Positions 22,597 through 33,310 are shown, counted from the first letter of the stretch. The stretch: 61,887 bases of DNA from Cyanophyceae cyanobacterium (GCA_038321825.1 JBBQFK010000002.1:1-61887), one strand, 5' to 3'. The notes: a model not told the origin generated them from the sequence alone. Program-made: numbers and translations.

Positions 22597-23049
22597 GTCA
22601 TAATCACCTAGCACGCTTTCACGAGCAATCAAAGTAGAGAGATAGACGATTCTAAGTCATTGATCCAAGCATTAATTTACTTGGTATTATTACCCTAGCT
22701 TTTTATCTATATTTCACTTATAAATGTAACACAATATACTTGATATCTGTCATTAAAAATGATAAAATCAACATATAAGTTCATGTAATCTGTGTATTTC
22801 ACTATTAGTTAATTAATTTTTGTGTAGAGAGAAATATTTAGAAACTATATTAGCCATTAGTCAATCTCAGCTATGGGACTACCAGATCTGGCGAGGAAAG
22901 ACTAGGGACAAATTCATGGTGGAAACGGTATCTCAAGGACAGAGATGAAAAAAAACTTTAGCCCAGACCCCAACTCAGCCTAAACACCACCTCGATCGGG
23001 TAAAATGAGAATATTAGCTTAAGATAATTTTCAACACCTCAAGTAAACA

Positions 23050-23469
23050 ATGAAAATCACCATAACTTTGCCTCGCTTGGTAGGAATGCTCCTATCCACC
23101 CTCCTTCTAATTACTTCCAGCTTCATCTTTTCCGTAGCTCCTGCGGCAGCAGAAACCTATACAGTGAAAATGGGTGCTGATAACGGACAACTCCAGTTTG
23201 TTCCCCCTACCCTGACTGTCAAACCCGGTGACACTGTGAAATGGGAAATGAACAAGATTGGCCCCCACAATGCAGTTTTTGATACTAGTGCTATTCCCGG
23301 TGGTGACTCTGTTTTGGCGACCAAGCTATCTAAATCTAAGTTGCTGTTCACTGCTGGTGAATCCTACGAATCCGTAATTCCTAGCGATGCTCCTGCGGGA
23401 ACCTACACCTATTACTGTCAGCCTCACCGGGGTGCTGGCATGGTAGGCAAAATTGTTGTCGAAGGCTAG
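23050..23469 (+). CDS. petE: Plastocyanin precursor
   Basis: 139 aa with a signal peptide and the Cu ligands in GPHN...[11 protein letters not shown]. Confidence 0.95.
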   Translation: MKITITLPRLVGMLLSTLLLITSSFIFSVAPAAAETYTVKMGADNGQLQFVPPTLTVKPGDTVKWEMNKIGPHNAVFDTSAIPGGDSVLATKLSKSKLLFTAGESYESVIPSDAPAGTYTYYCQPHRGAGMVGKIVVEG

Positions 23470-23624
23470 AAGCTGATTGACCTAGAGGGTAGTTTTTGCG
23501 CCAATCCTGCTTAAGTAATTTGTTTGCAGAACTCCCTAAGTAATTTGTTGGGTAATTTGTCGGTTTAGGAGATAACCTCGATCGACCTTCGATAAATCCC
23601 TAATATCTAATATCTAATAACTGA

Positions 23625-23660
23625 GGAGGACTAAGATTATCTGGTTCTCCTTTTGTTTTT
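23625..23660 (+). terminator. Putative rho-independent terminator of petE
   Basis: GGAGGAC (23625-23631) pairs with GTTCTCC (23644-23650), including one G-U pair. It is followed by TTTTGTTTTT. Confidence 0.5.
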
Positions 23661-23718
23661 GGTTTATATTTGGTTTATGTTTGGTTTGATTAGGGAAGTT
23701 GGGTCGATCGAGGAAAGA

Positions 23719-24138
23719 TTATTCGGCTTGAGCTTTAGTTGATTTGGGAAAGTGGATTTCTAGACAGGACTGTAGTTCTTGAGCATCAAAAAGTACGGGC
23801 AGAAAGTGAATACTCTTGATCTCACGAAAGTAAAATAGAACTGGAAAAACTGGACTATAGATTTCCCAATTTAGCCAATCTTGGTAAGGAAAACTCCGAA
23901 TTAGATTTTGATCTTTGTTCATAGCTCGGTAGATATCAAGGGCTTGGGCGGTGAAGTGGAGACGCAGGGTCAGGGCTTGGAATAGCAGAAATCCACCAAA
24001 TAGGGCGATCGCCAGTCCCAGCCATTTCTGATATAAAACTAGGGGAATCGAGCTAATAATTAAAACTAAAGGAATTTTGAAGCTAGGGGCTAAGATTTGA
24101 GTGGAGCTAGCTGCCTCTGCCGTCACATTAGTATTCAT
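23719..24138 (-). CDS. Conserved cyanobacterial membrane protein (possibly DUF3119 family)
   Basis: 139 aa with two predicted TM helices followed by a conserved-looking C-terminal region. The family call is from memory only. Confidence 0.55.
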   Translation of the reverse strand: MNTNVTAEAASSTQILAPSFKIPLVLIISSIPLVLYQKWLGLAIALFGGFLLFQALTLRLHFTAQALDIYRAMNKDQNLIRSFPYQDWLNWEIYSPVFPVLFYFREIKSIHFLPVLFDAQELQSCLEIHFPKSTKAQAE

Positions 24139-24370
24139 AAGATGATATTTGTTTAATTAACTGAAGTTAACTGAAATTTACTTAATTAACTTGAATTTAT
24201 TTAGATTTATTACAGATCACTATCTTTGAAATTGTATCCTATGAATAGAAAAATATTAAAATCTATCTATGTTTTATCTATATTATTTATCTATGGCTAA
24301 AAGTCCTATACAATGAGTATCTACCAAAAATCCGCCATACTATCGATTGCGGTCTCAAAAATTTAGATAA

Positions 24371-25585
24371 ATGCAGACAGATTACTTAAACTATCCCCTA
24401 GATATCATTAACGCTAGACTTCCCGGATATAAAGGACTACAGAGAGTAGTAGTTAACGCCACTGGCTTGATTACCCGAATTTCTCCCATGAGTAAAGTCC
24501 GGGGTGATATAGGTCCTAGAAGTCTTGATGTATATAGCTCTTGGATTTCTTTGGGAGGGGTGGATTTACAAATTAACGGAGCTTTGGGGCTACCCTTCAC
24601 CGATGTCCAGAAGCAAGATATAAACAAGATCAAAGAAATTTGTCAGCTTTTATGGAATCAAGGGGTGGATGCTTTTCTGCCGACGATCGTCACCACCTCT
24701 GTCAAGAAAATTCATCAAGCTCTTGAAGTATTTACTGAAGTCCGTAGTCTCCAAGAGCAAGAAACTAATACAGCAAAGATTTTGGGTGTACATCTAGAAG
24801 GCCCATTCCTGAATCCGGGCAAACGGGGCGCCCATCCCCAAAAATATTTACTTCCCTTAACGATCGAGCAAGTTAAGCAGGTGCTAGGTGACTATCAAGA
24901 TATTGTCCAAATGATCACCCTTGCTCCAGAGCTAGATACCACCGGGGCGATTATTCCTTACCTGCGATCGATGGGAATCAAGGTCAGTGTTGGGCATTCC
25001 CTCGCCACCGCCGAAGAAGCAAATCTAGCTTGGCGACAGGGAGCCAGCCTTGTTACCCATGCGTTTAATGCCATGTCTCCTCTCCATCACCGTCAACCCG
25101 GACTTTTGACCTCAGCGATTACTAACCCCCAAATTTATTGCGGTCTGATTGCTGATGGTGAACACGTAGCTCCCTTGATGATTAAGCTCCTCCTTGCTGC
25201 TAGTGACTACGAAGACGGCGTATTTCTGGTGAGTGATGCCCTTGCGCCTCTGGGTTTGGAGGATGGGGTTTATCCTTGGGGTCAACAAAAAATGGAGGTC
25301 AAACAGGGGACAGCCCGCCTCGCCGATGGTACTTTAGTCGGCACAACCCTACCTCTACTGACGGGGGTGAGAAATTTGGTGAAGTGGAAAATTTGCCCCC
25401 TAGAGCAGGCGATCGCCCTTGCCACGATCGCTACGAGAAAAGCCATCTACCGGAATAGCCTCGAAGAACGGAAGCCCCACGCCTATCTAGATCAGCCAGC
25501 CCGTTGTATGCTGCGGTGGACAAATACCCCAGAGGAAGGAGTCCGGTGGTCTCGGTTATTTAGCCCCAATCCCTCTTTTCTCTAG
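24371..25585 (+). CDS. nagA: N-acetylglucosamine-6-phosphate deacetylase
   Basis: 404 aa with GGVDLQINGALG, HLEGPFLNP.KRGAH and THAFNAM motifs. Confidence 0.9.
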   Translation: MQTDYLNYPLDIINARLPGYKGLQRVVVNATGLITRISPMSKVRGDIGPRSLDVYSSWISLGGVDLQINGALGLPFTDVQKQDINKIKEICQLLWNQGVDAFLPTIVTTSVKKIHQALEVFTEVRSLQEQETNTAKILGVHLEGPFLNPGKRGAHPQKYLLPLTIEQVKQVLGDYQDIVQMITLAPELDTTGAIIPYLRSMGIKVSVGHSLATAEEANLAWRQGASLVTHAFNAMSPLHHRQPGLLTSAITNPQIYCGLIADGEHVAPLMIKLLLAASDYEDGVFLVSDALAPLGLEDGVYPWGQQKMEVKQGTARLADGTLVGTTLPLLTGVRNLVKWKICPLEQAIALATIATRKAIYRNSLEERKPHAYLDQPARCMLRWTNTPEEGVRWSRLFSPNPSFL

Positions 25586-25621
25586 TCCGGCTCTATCAAG
25601 AATTTAGGTAATTGAATAGGC

Positions 25622-26404
25622 TTAAACTAGGGTCACTTCAACGGGATCACCCCATGTACATTCGAGTTCTTGGGAGGCCTTACCTTGATTTGTGGCAATT
25701 TCAATGTAGCCATGACTGCCAATGAGGGCGATCGACTGCCCCACGGGAGCTCCACTATAGGTATGACGATAACTGATTCTTTTGCCCCCGACCTTGAGAT
25801 ACCATATTTTTCCTGCTACTCGATCGCTAGAAATATTTGTAATTAAATTTCCAAAGTGATCAATGTACTGCACTCTGCCCAACAAGCCTGTGGGAGTAGG
25901 CACTATGTCAAGGGTTGGTAGCATCACCAAGGATTCGATGGCGATCGCCTCTCCTAACTCATGCATGGCCAATCCGCCCGCCAGATAAGCCGCCACCGGA
26001 GCAAAAATATCCCGTCCATGAAAAGTCTTGCTGGGGCTGGGAGTTAGCCAATACTTAAAATTAGTTAGATTCACTGCCCCCAGAGCTTTATGTTCTTGCA
26101 TCAACTGGCTACACAAACCATTATCTGGAGCAACAACATAACCTTGATCAAACTTGATCGCTACTGATTTGCGGGAGCCACCCACCCCTGGATCCACCAC
26201 GGCTAGATGTACCGTATTCTGGGGGAAGTAGGGAAATGCGCTGGCAAGACAAAAACTAGCTGCTCGGATATTTTGGGGAGGGATATAGTGGCTGAGGTCG
26301 ATTACCTGAATTTGGGGATTAATTTTGGCGATCGACCCCTTCATCACCCCCACATAAGCATCTTGCAAGCCAAAGTCAGTTAATAGGGTCAAAATAGCAG
26401 CCAT
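25622..26404 (-). CDS. SAM hydroxide adenosyltransferase (DUF62) family protein
   Basis: 260 aa with LLTDFGLQDAYVGVMKG and VVDPGVGG motifs. Confidence 0.85.
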   Translation of the reverse strand: MAAILTLLTDFGLQDAYVGVMKGSIAKINPQIQVIDLSHYIPPQNIRAASFCLASAFPYFPQNTVHLAVVDPGVGGSRKSVAIKFDQGYVVAPDNGLCSQLMQEHKALGAVNLTNFKYWLTPSPSKTFHGRDIFAPVAAYLAGGLAMHELGEAIAIESLVMLPTLDIVPTPTGLLGRVQYIDHFGNLITNISSDRVAGKIWYLKVGGKRISYRHTYSGAPVGQSIALIGSHGYIEIATNQGKASQELECTWGDPVEVTLV

Positions 26405-26509
26405 AGTTTCTCACTGATAGATGCGGTTAGATGCGGTGGTGGTTCTAGACTCGTGGACTAGATTTTTGGGCTAAATTTTGGGGCTAAATGTTTAGACTAG
26501 ATTTTGGAG

Positions 26510-27346
26510 CTAGATTTTTTTACTATAAATTGAGTCTGGTAAAGAAAATGATATAGCTAACAGGTCTCGATAGCCTGCTTCCATCAACTTTTTAGGCTCC
26601 TTTTTAGGCCCTTTTTCATGACTATAGGCGATATCGGTAACGCTGTGCTTCAAGTGTCGGTCTTCTAGCCATAGAGAGTCAAGGGGATGCTCAAAAGTGA
26701 TTTTAGCAAGGGGTGTTTCATCAAGTTGATAAATTGCAGTTTCACCGCCCACAACATCCCCTCGATCGAGCAAGTGTAGCCCTGCAAAGGGATAGCCATC
26801 AGAATGAATCCCCTCTGGAGTAATCGCCGTAGTCTGCCCCGCCCCGACGACAATTCGCATAATGTGGACTTGGCAAATCCATGGTCGATCGAGCCACATC
26901 TCCTCTAGGGGAAATAGACTGAAATTGTAGTCTACAAGATCTTGAAATAAAAAATTATCGTAGGTTTCCGCCGTCAAATCTCCAAAATGCCGATCTTTTC
27001 CGCCGGCGTAGACGTTCATCTCTTTGCTTTGGACGTAGGGCTGATGTTGCCGGAGTTCCAGGGTTCCTGCCTTGGGGGCATAGTCAAACTCTGCATAGCG
27101 TCGTGATCGCTGGCAGGAGGGGTGTTTTTCTCCATAGAAAGGGTCATATTCAAGGGAATCCCAACATTTTTGGAGTTGTTCTAGGGCGATCTTGCCAGAG
27201 TTACTGAGGTGAAAATTTTCGGCTGTGGCGATCGCATACTTGTGCTGCTCAACTTGAGGACGGAGATCTGTGGCGATCGAGAAGGTTCCCCGGCGAGAGG
27301 TGAAAGGTAAAATTGGGGAATTTGAGATTGGAGAATTTGGGGTCAA
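26510..27346 (-). CDS. 2OG-Fe dioxygenase family protein (2OG-Fe_Oxy_2-like)
   Basis: 278 aa with a PEGIHSDGYPF...GGET core. It has a TTG start, so the start is uncertain. Confidence 0.7.
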   Translation of the reverse strand: MTPNSPISNSPILPFTSRRGTFSIATDLRPQVEQHKYAIATAENFHLSNSGKIALEQLQKCWDSLEYDPFYGEKHPSCQRSRRYAEFDYAPKAGTLELRQHQPYVQSKEMNVYAGGKDRHFGDLTAETYDNFLFQDLVDYNFSLFPLEEMWLDRPWICQVHIMRIVVGAGQTTAITPEGIHSDGYPFAGLHLLDRGDVVGGETAIYQLDETPLAKITFEHPLDSLWLEDRHLKHSVTDIAYSHEKGPKKEPKKLMEAGYRDLLAISFSLPDSIYSKKI

Positions 27347-27720
27347 TGGCTTTACTTCAATACATTTACCGAACTGAGTAAATTGCTCTAATTGCTCTAA
27401 TTGCTTAGGGTTGGTAGATTATTTAATATCTTGTTCAATATTTGTGGAATTTAGCATAAAAAAATAATTACTTGAGCGTTTAAGTGTTGATCTAGGTGAT
27501 CCAATTGTTTGATTCGGGTGTTTGCAGAAATTACGGCAACTGAGGCAACTACGGCAACTACTGAATATTAACTAGCAAATCTCGATGACTTTCCGAGTTT
27601 TGGTTAGAACAAAATCGCTAGGAAATTATAGTGTATAAATCGTTACTAAAATAGGGGATATTTGCCGATCGACCAAAAAAATTCCCATGATTTCCAGATG
27701 GGCAGTTGATATTAGTCATC

Positions 27721-27765
27721 AAAATTACTGAAATTGCCAAAATTGCCAAAATTGCCGAAATTAAC
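27721..27765. repeat. 9-bp tandem repeat x5 (AAATTGCCA)
   Basis: Read directly. A second 9-bp array (TACGGCAAC x3) lies at 27532-27558. Confidence 0.85.
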
Positions 27766-27842
27766 GGGCTTGATAAATTATTCTCGATCGTGATCTAAGA
27801 TGGTAAAGTTTATGGTATGATAGTCATCTACGAAACAAATGA

Positions 27843-27916
27843 GGGCTTGTAGCTCAGTGGACTAGAGCACGTGGCTACGAACCACGGTGTCGGGGGTTCG
27901 AATCCCTCCTAGCCCG
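27843..27916 (+). tRNA. tRNA-Arg (anticodon ACG)
   Basis: The cloverleaf was folded by hand. Parts are acceptor GGGCTTG/CTAGCCC (one U-U mismatch), D arm GCTC/GAGC, anticodon stem CGTGG/CCACG with loop CTACGAA, and T arm GGGGG-TTCGAAT-CCCTC. No CCA is encoded. Confidence 0.92.
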
Positions 27917-28082
27917 TCCTCGATTGATCAAGAAAAATTGATCAAAGAAATATAATATATATAAATCTAGACATAAATCTAGGCAATTTATTCAAAATCC
28001 CTATCCTAGGGGTTGGCACCGCCAGCCCTTTTTTCATAAGCTAATTTCGCAAATAATCCTTTAAATAATCCTGCAAATAATC

Positions 28083-28577
28083 ATGCTAGAAGATTATCCC
28101 CAACTTACTCACCTTGATACCCAAGGGCAGGCGCAGATGGTAGATGTTTCGGGGAAGCAAACCACCAAACGTCAAGCTGTGGCTGTAGCTCAGGTTAGGA
28201 TGTCTGCTGATACTTTTGGGGCGATCGAAGCCGGAAATACTCCCAAGGGAGATGTTCTTGCCACTGCGAGACTAGCGGGGATCATGGCTGCCAAACAAAC
28301 TGCCAATCTGATTCCCCTCTGTCATCCCCTCCCAATTCATCAAGTAGAAGTCCAGATCGCTCCTGCTCCCCAACTTCCCGGCTACCAAATCCGAGTAACC
28401 GTAACTACAAAGGCAGAAACTGGGGTAGAAATGGAAGCCCTCACCGCCGCTTCTGTAGCCGCTCTCACCCTCTACGATATGGCAAAGGGTCTAGAAAAAG
28501 CGATTTCGATCGAGTTCATCCACCTCTTGAGCAAAACGGGAGGCAAATCTGGAGACTATTTCCGTGAGAATTGCTGA
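28083..28577 (+). CDS. moaC: Cyclic pyranopterin monophosphate synthase
   Basis: 164 aa with MVDVS.K..T.R.A, IPLCHPL and TLYDM motifs. Confidence 0.93.
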   Translation: MLEDYPQLTHLDTQGQAQMVDVSGKQTTKRQAVAVAQVRMSADTFGAIEAGNTPKGDVLATARLAGIMAAKQTANLIPLCHPLPIHQVEVQIAPAPQLPGYQIRVTVTTKAETGVEMEALTAASVAALTLYDMAKGLEKAISIEFIHLLSKTGGKSGDYFRENC

Positions 28578-28731
28578 TTACTTATTGATAATTCTATTGA
28601 CGACTCTCGCTAGATATTAATAGCTGTTGATTGCTACAATAAATTACTATTCTTGATCAGATATATCAGATATTGAATCAGATATTGATCGGCTTTGATG
28701 AAAACCAATTCATACTAACCTATGCAATTTT

Positions 28732-30360
28732 ATGCAATCAATGGAGTTTATCCTGAATGAGGCTCTAGGCTATTCTAAGCCACTCAAAGGAGAAATATCC
28801 TCAAGTCTTTCCCCCGCCAAGTGGAATATTTCATCCTTATCTATGAATGAATACTTCGCTCCAGAAATCCATCAGAGTAACATTTTGGTAGTGGACGATC
28901 ACCCAGCAAATCTCAGTTTGTTGATGCAGATTTTGACGGGACAAGGGTACAAAGTCCGGGTCTCTCCTAATGGGAACCTAGCTCTTCGATCGATCCATTT
29001 AATGCTCCCAGATCTAATTCTCCTTGATATCAATATGCCAGACATGGATGGCTATACACTGTGTCAGCACCTAAAATCACAGCCACAAACAAAAGATATT
29101 CCCGTGATTTTTATTAGTGCCTTGGGGGAAACATGGGATAAAGTGCGGGGATTTACCCTAGGAGCTGTGGACTATATCACCAAACCTTTTGAGCCAGTAG
29201 AAGTCTTGGCAAGGATCCAACATCAGTTGCAATGGCAAGCCTCCCAAGCCCACCTGAAACTCCAAAATATTCAACTCCAGCTACTTTTATCCACCACCCA
29301 AGCCATCAACGCCGCCAAGGATGTGGATTCTGCCCTCGAAGCAATCTTGACTCAGATTTGCCAGAGTTTGGGCTGGGATCTAGGGGAGGCTTGGATTCCA
29401 GATCAAGAAGGAAATTATTTAGTGTGTAGCCCCGGTTGTTATATTGGCGACCAGAGTTTAAGGCGGTTTTACGATCAAACTAGGTCTCTACGATTTACCC
29501 CAGATATGGGTTTAGTAGGCAAGGTTTGGAGCAGTCAGCAACCCCAGATGATCGAAGATTTATCGGCGGGAGTGAGTGATGATGAATTTTTGTCAGTGAA
29601 ATATGCGATCGATGCAGGAGTTCGAGGTGTTATCAGTATTCCCGTAATTTCCCAGCAGGAAGCGGTCACTGAGTCTAGTCGAAGTGTGGTAGCAGTCTTA
29701 AATTTTTTTCAGAAGAAAATATTAGTAATTCGGCTAGATTCCTTACAATTAATTATGACCATTGCTGATCAGCTCAGCTCCTTTATTCAACGTAAACAAG
29801 CAGAGGATCAACTCCGGGAGTTAAATTTAGAACTTAAGAAACTAGCTAATCTGGATGGGTTGACCCAAGTTGCCAATCGGCGGCGTTTTGATGATTATTT
29901 ATTGCAGGAGTGGCGGCGATCGATGCGGGAGGAACAGTGGTTATCTTTGGTTCTTTGTGATGTGGACTATTTCAAACTCTACAATGACTACTATGGACAT
30001 CTTGCTGGGGATGATTGCTTGCAAAGAGTAGCTCAGACCATGAATGATCAAGTCCAAAGACCCGCAGACTTGGTAGCTCGCTACGGAGGAGAAGAATTTG
30101 TATTACTGCTACCCAATACTCCCTCTGAGGGCGCTCAACAGGTAGCGTTCAACCTCCAGAGCCGAATTCAATCCCTCCGTTTACCCCACGCTCAATCGAA
30201 AGTTAAACCCTACGTTACTATGAGTTTAGGAGTTGCTAGTGTAATTCCTAGGGCAAATTCATCACCAGAGGTTTTGATAATTGCTGCGGATCAGGCTCTC
30301 TACCAAGCAAAACATCAGGGGCGCGATCAAGTTGTTGTGAATTCTCTCAGGTGTAATTAG
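28732..30360 (+). CDS. Response regulator receiver-GAF-GGDEF diguanylate cyclase
   Basis: Contains a REC domain (ILVVDDHP...DINMPDMDG), a GAF region and a GGDEF domain with GGEEF. An alternative start is possible at 28843 (MNEYF). Confidence 0.88.
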   Translation: MQSMEFILNEALGYSKPLKGEISSSLSPAKWNISSLSMNEYFAPEIHQSNILVVDDHPANLSLLMQILTGQGYKVRVSPNGNLALRSIHLMLPDLILLDINMPDMDGYTLCQHLKSQPQTKDIPVIFISALGETWDKVRGFTLGAVDYITKPFEPVEVLARIQHQLQWQASQAHLKLQNIQLQLLLSTTQAINAAKDVDSALEAILTQICQSLGWDLGEAWIPDQEGNYLVCSPGCYIGDQSLRRFYDQTRSLRFTPDMGLVGKVWSSQQPQMIEDLSAGVSDDEFLSVKYAIDAGVRGVISIPVISQQEAVTESSRSVVAVLNFFQKKILVIRLDSLQLIMTIADQLSSFIQRKQAEDQLRELNLELKKLANLDGLTQVANRRRFDDYLLQEWRRSMREEQWLSLVLCDVDYFKLYNDYYGHLAGDDCLQRVAQTMNDQVQRPADLVARYGGEEFVLLLPNTPSEGAQQVAFNLQSRIQSLRLPHAQSKVKPYVTMSLGVASVIPRANSSPEVLIIAADQALYQAKHQGRDQVVVNSLRCN

Positions 30361-30387
30361 TGCCTTTCAAGATTAATAGCTTTTGTG

Positions 30388-30436
30388 ATTAATACCAATT
30401 AATACCAATTAATACCGATTAATACCAATTAATACC
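30388..30436. repeat. 10-bp tandem repeat about x5 (AATACCAATT)
   Basis: Read directly. It lies 31 nt upstream of the SLH gene start. Confidence 0.9.
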
Positions 30437-30467
30437 TCGTAGTTTTGATTCTCTTAAAAATATCCCC

Positions 30468-31940
30468 GTGTTCCAACTACCCATTTCCCAACGATTTTTA
30501 CTAACTCTATTGCTGATCACTTTGGCTGGATGTGCCAACACTCCCAATGCTCAGGATTTGGAGCGCACCTTTGCCGCCGATCCAAGCCTTGTCAATGGAG
30601 TTGGCTCCCCTAGTCCTACTCCCACGATCGACCTACCCCCAAATTTTCCCCCAGAAATCCCGATCTATCCCCAAGCACAGTTAAAACCCTCGGAGTCTCC
30701 TAACTCGAATCAAGCTGGTAATCGCAACAATACCAACACCCCAAATAATCAAAGTAATCAAATTGTAATGACCCGTTGGGTTTCTGGGGATCCGAGTAAT
30801 TTGATCCAGAGTTTTTATGAGCGAGAGTTGCGATCGAAGGGCTGGCAGATTCAACCATTAACTAACTCTACAAATAACTCTACAAATAACTCTACAAATA
30901 ATTCCACAAATAATTCCACAAATAATTCCGGTCTTGCTGATAACGATCTTGATAACACCCTCATCGCCAAGAAAGATGGGCTAAACCTGCGCCTAAAACT
31001 ACAACCACAGACAGCTAGTGGTACTGTATTTTCTCTAGAATATCGCCGTGGTCAAGAAAATCCCTTTGTAAATCCATCGCCCAATATAGTTGGCAATCCA
31101 GCTACTAATCAAACTAATTCTAATAACTCTACTAATTCAAATAATCCAAATAATCCAAATAATCTAGCTGCTAATCCTTCCTTGCCAAATCCTCCCGGCG
31201 GAACTCAAGCTAATAATCCTAATAATCTTAATAATCCTAATAACTCCAATAACGGTGCTCAAGCTATTCCTGAACAACTCCGGCAGGCAGTGGTCGAAGT
31301 GGTAACTTTGGGGGTGCTGACCAGTGATGCTCAAGGGACAAAAATTGATCTACAGCAATTAGAACCAAATAAACCCATTACAAAGCGAGAATATGCCCGG
31401 TGGTTAGTAGCAGCAAATAACCGTATTTATAGCAATGAATCTGGGCAACAGGTGCGCTTGGCAACGAGTCCAGACCAGCCAGCTTTTAATGATATTGCGG
31501 TGACAGATGCAGATTTTGGCACAATTCAAGGTTTGGCGGCGGCGGGGGTGATTCCTTCTCGGTTGAGTGGAGACCAGACGGCTACTTTTAGCCCAGAGGC
31601 GATCGTCACTAGAGAACAATTAATTCTTTGGAAAGTCCCTCTTGATACTCGCCAAGCTCTACCCACAACCTCGATCGAAGCAGTCCAACAAACTTGGGGG
31701 TTTCAGGATGCTGCCCGGATCGATCCCCTTGCCCTGAGAGCGGTGGTGGCAGATTTTCAGAATGGGAATTTGGCAAATATCCGGCGTGTGTTTGGTTTTA
31801 CGACTCTGTTTCAACCCCAGAGACCTGTGACTCGTGCTGAGGCAGTGGCGGCTCTGTGGTATTTTGGCTCCCAAGGTAGGGGAATTTCAGCCAAGGATGC
31901 TCAACAAAATCTGGATCGATCGACTGGTAACAGGGACTAG
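30468..31940 (+). CDS. Lipoprotein with Asn-rich low-complexity regions and C-terminal S-layer-homology (SLH) domain(s)
   Basis: GTG start, a signal peptide with lipobox LAGC, NNST repeats, and an SLH-like FNDIAVTDADFGTIQGLAAAGVIPS. Confidence 0.8.
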   Translation: MFQLPISQRFLLTLLLITLAGCANTPNAQDLERTFAADPSLVNGVGSPSPTPTIDLPPNFPPEIPIYPQAQLKPSESPNSNQAGNRNNTNTPNNQSNQIVMTRWVSGDPSNLIQSFYERELRSKGWQIQPLTNSTNNSTNNSTNNSTNNSTNNSGLADNDLDNTLIAKKDGLNLRLKLQPQTASGTVFSLEYRRGQENPFVNPSPNIVGNPATNQTNSNNSTNSNNPNNPNNLAANPSLPNPPGGTQANNPNNLNNPNNSNNGAQAIPEQLRQAVVEVVTLGVLTSDAQGTKIDLQQLEPNKPITKREYARWLVAANNRIYSNESGQQVRLATSPDQPAFNDIAVTDADFGTIQGLAAAGVIPSRLSGDQTATFSPEAIVTREQLILWKVPLDTRQALPTTSIEAVQQTWGFQDAARIDPLALRAVVADFQNGNLANIRRVFGFTTLFQPQRPVTRAEAVAALWYFGSQGRGISAKDAQQNLDRSTGNRD

Positions 31941-32056
31941 ATTCCTACACTCTAGCGATCCCCTTGGTGGTAAAATCTAGGGCAGGATTAGGAGCCTTGA
32001 TGCCCTGAGACAGTATAGAAAATATAATGAAGGCAAGTTACAGAGGGTAAAAAAAA

Positions 32057-33073
32057 GTGATTAGAGTAGCAATTAATGGTTTTGGACGCATCGGACGCAA
32101 CTTTCTACGGTGCTGGGCAGGACGTAAGGAAAGTCTCATAGAAGTTGTGGGAATTAACGATACTTCAGACCCCAGAACCAATGCCCACCTACTAACCTAC
32201 GACACCATGCTCGGAAAGTTTGCAGGGGAAGTTAGTGCCGACGATGACACTATTACCGTCAATGGCAATGTAATCAAATGTGTTTCCGATCGAGACCCAT
32301 TAAAGTTACCTTGGGGTAGCTGGGATATTGATCTAGTTATTGAATCTACAGGCGTATTTATTAGTAAAGAATTAGCTACTAAACATATTACTGCTGGAGC
32401 CAAAAAAGTCTTGATTACTGCTCCAGCTAAGGGTAGCGATGTCGGAACTTTTGTTTATGGTGTCAACCATCAAGATTACGACGATCAGGTAAATAATATT
32501 GTTAGTAATGCTAGTTGTACTACAAACTGTTTAGCTCCTGTGGCTAAGGTTCTCCATGAGCAGTTTGGGATTATCAAAGGTACAATGACCACCACCCATA
32601 GCTATACTGGTGATCAAAGGCTTTTGGATGCTTCCCACCGGGATCTTCGCAGAGCCAGAGCCGCCGCTATGAATATTGTCCCTACCACCACTGGAGCAGC
32701 AAAGGCTGTAGGTCTGGTGTTACCCGAACTTAGTGGCAAACTCAACGGAATTGCCCTCCGGGTTCCTACCCCCAATGTATCGGTAGTTGACCTAGTAGTC
32801 CAAGTCCAAAAAAGCACGATCGCCGAAGAAGTGAATCTTGCCCTAAAAGAAGCTGCTAATACTTACCTCAAGGGTGTTCTTGAGTACAACGAGTTGGAGC
32901 TAGTCTCCTCTGACTATCGGTCTAATGATGCCTCTTCGATCGTGGATGCCAACCTAACGATGGTGATGGGTGGTGACTTGGTGAAAGTAATTGCTTGGTA
33001 TGACAACGAGTGGGGTTATTCACAACGGGTTGTGGATCTAGCTGAACTTATGGCGCAAAAGTGGTCTAAGTAA
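32057..33073 (+). CDS. gap2: Glyceraldehyde-3-phosphate dehydrogenase (Calvin-cycle type)
   Basis: 338 aa with [14 protein letters not shown] and [15 protein letters not shown] start. Confidence 0.95.
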   Translation: MIRVAINGFGRIGRNFLRCWAGRKESLIEVVGINDTSDPRTNAHLLTYDTMLGKFAGEVSADDDTITVNGNVIKCVSDRDPLKLPWGSWDIDLVIESTGVFISKELATKHITAGAKKVLITAPAKGSDVGTFVYGVNHQDYDDQVNNIVSNASCTTNCLAPVAKVLHEQFGIIKGTMTTTHSYTGDQRLLDASHRDLRRARAAAMNIVPTTTGAAKAVGLVLPELSGKLNGIALRVPTPNVSVVDLVVQVQKSTIAEEVNLALKEAANTYLKGVLEYNELELVSSDYRSNDASSIVDANLTMVMGGDLVKVIAWYDNEWGYSQRVVDLAELMAQKWSK

Positions 33074-33197
33074 ATTAAATTTGGATGCAAATATCAAGTA
33101 TTGAAGTAGTTTAGATACAAAATAAATTCTCCCAAGGGCAGGTTTTTTTCAAGAATCGCTAGATAGATAACCTGTGTTTTTCTTGGGGGACCATTCT

Positions 33198-33280
33198 AAT
33201 ACCAAATCCGCTTTATGTAGACTAATTAATTTATGCTTAAACCTTTTGGGTGCAAGCCTTACGCCCCTACCTCTATAAAA
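33198..33280. repeat. MITE-like repeat, family 1 copy (degenerate right end)
   Basis: TAATACCAAATCCGCTTTATGTAGACTAATTAATTTATGCTTAAACCTTTTGGGTGCAAGCCTTACGCCCCTACCTCTATAA aligns with 51958-52050. Confidence 0.8.
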
Positions 33281-33310
33281 GTTTTTAGGCTAATTTAGTG
33301 CCGAGAGAAA

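Noticed and set aside
30388-30436. Regularly spaced short repeats here, at 33760-33833 and at 27721-27765 were considered as possible CRISPR arrays.
   Set aside because: The units are 9-16 bp and head-to-tail, or separated by spacers of only a few bases. There are no 25-40 bp repeats or unique spacers and no cas genes. They are simple STRR-like tandem repeats.
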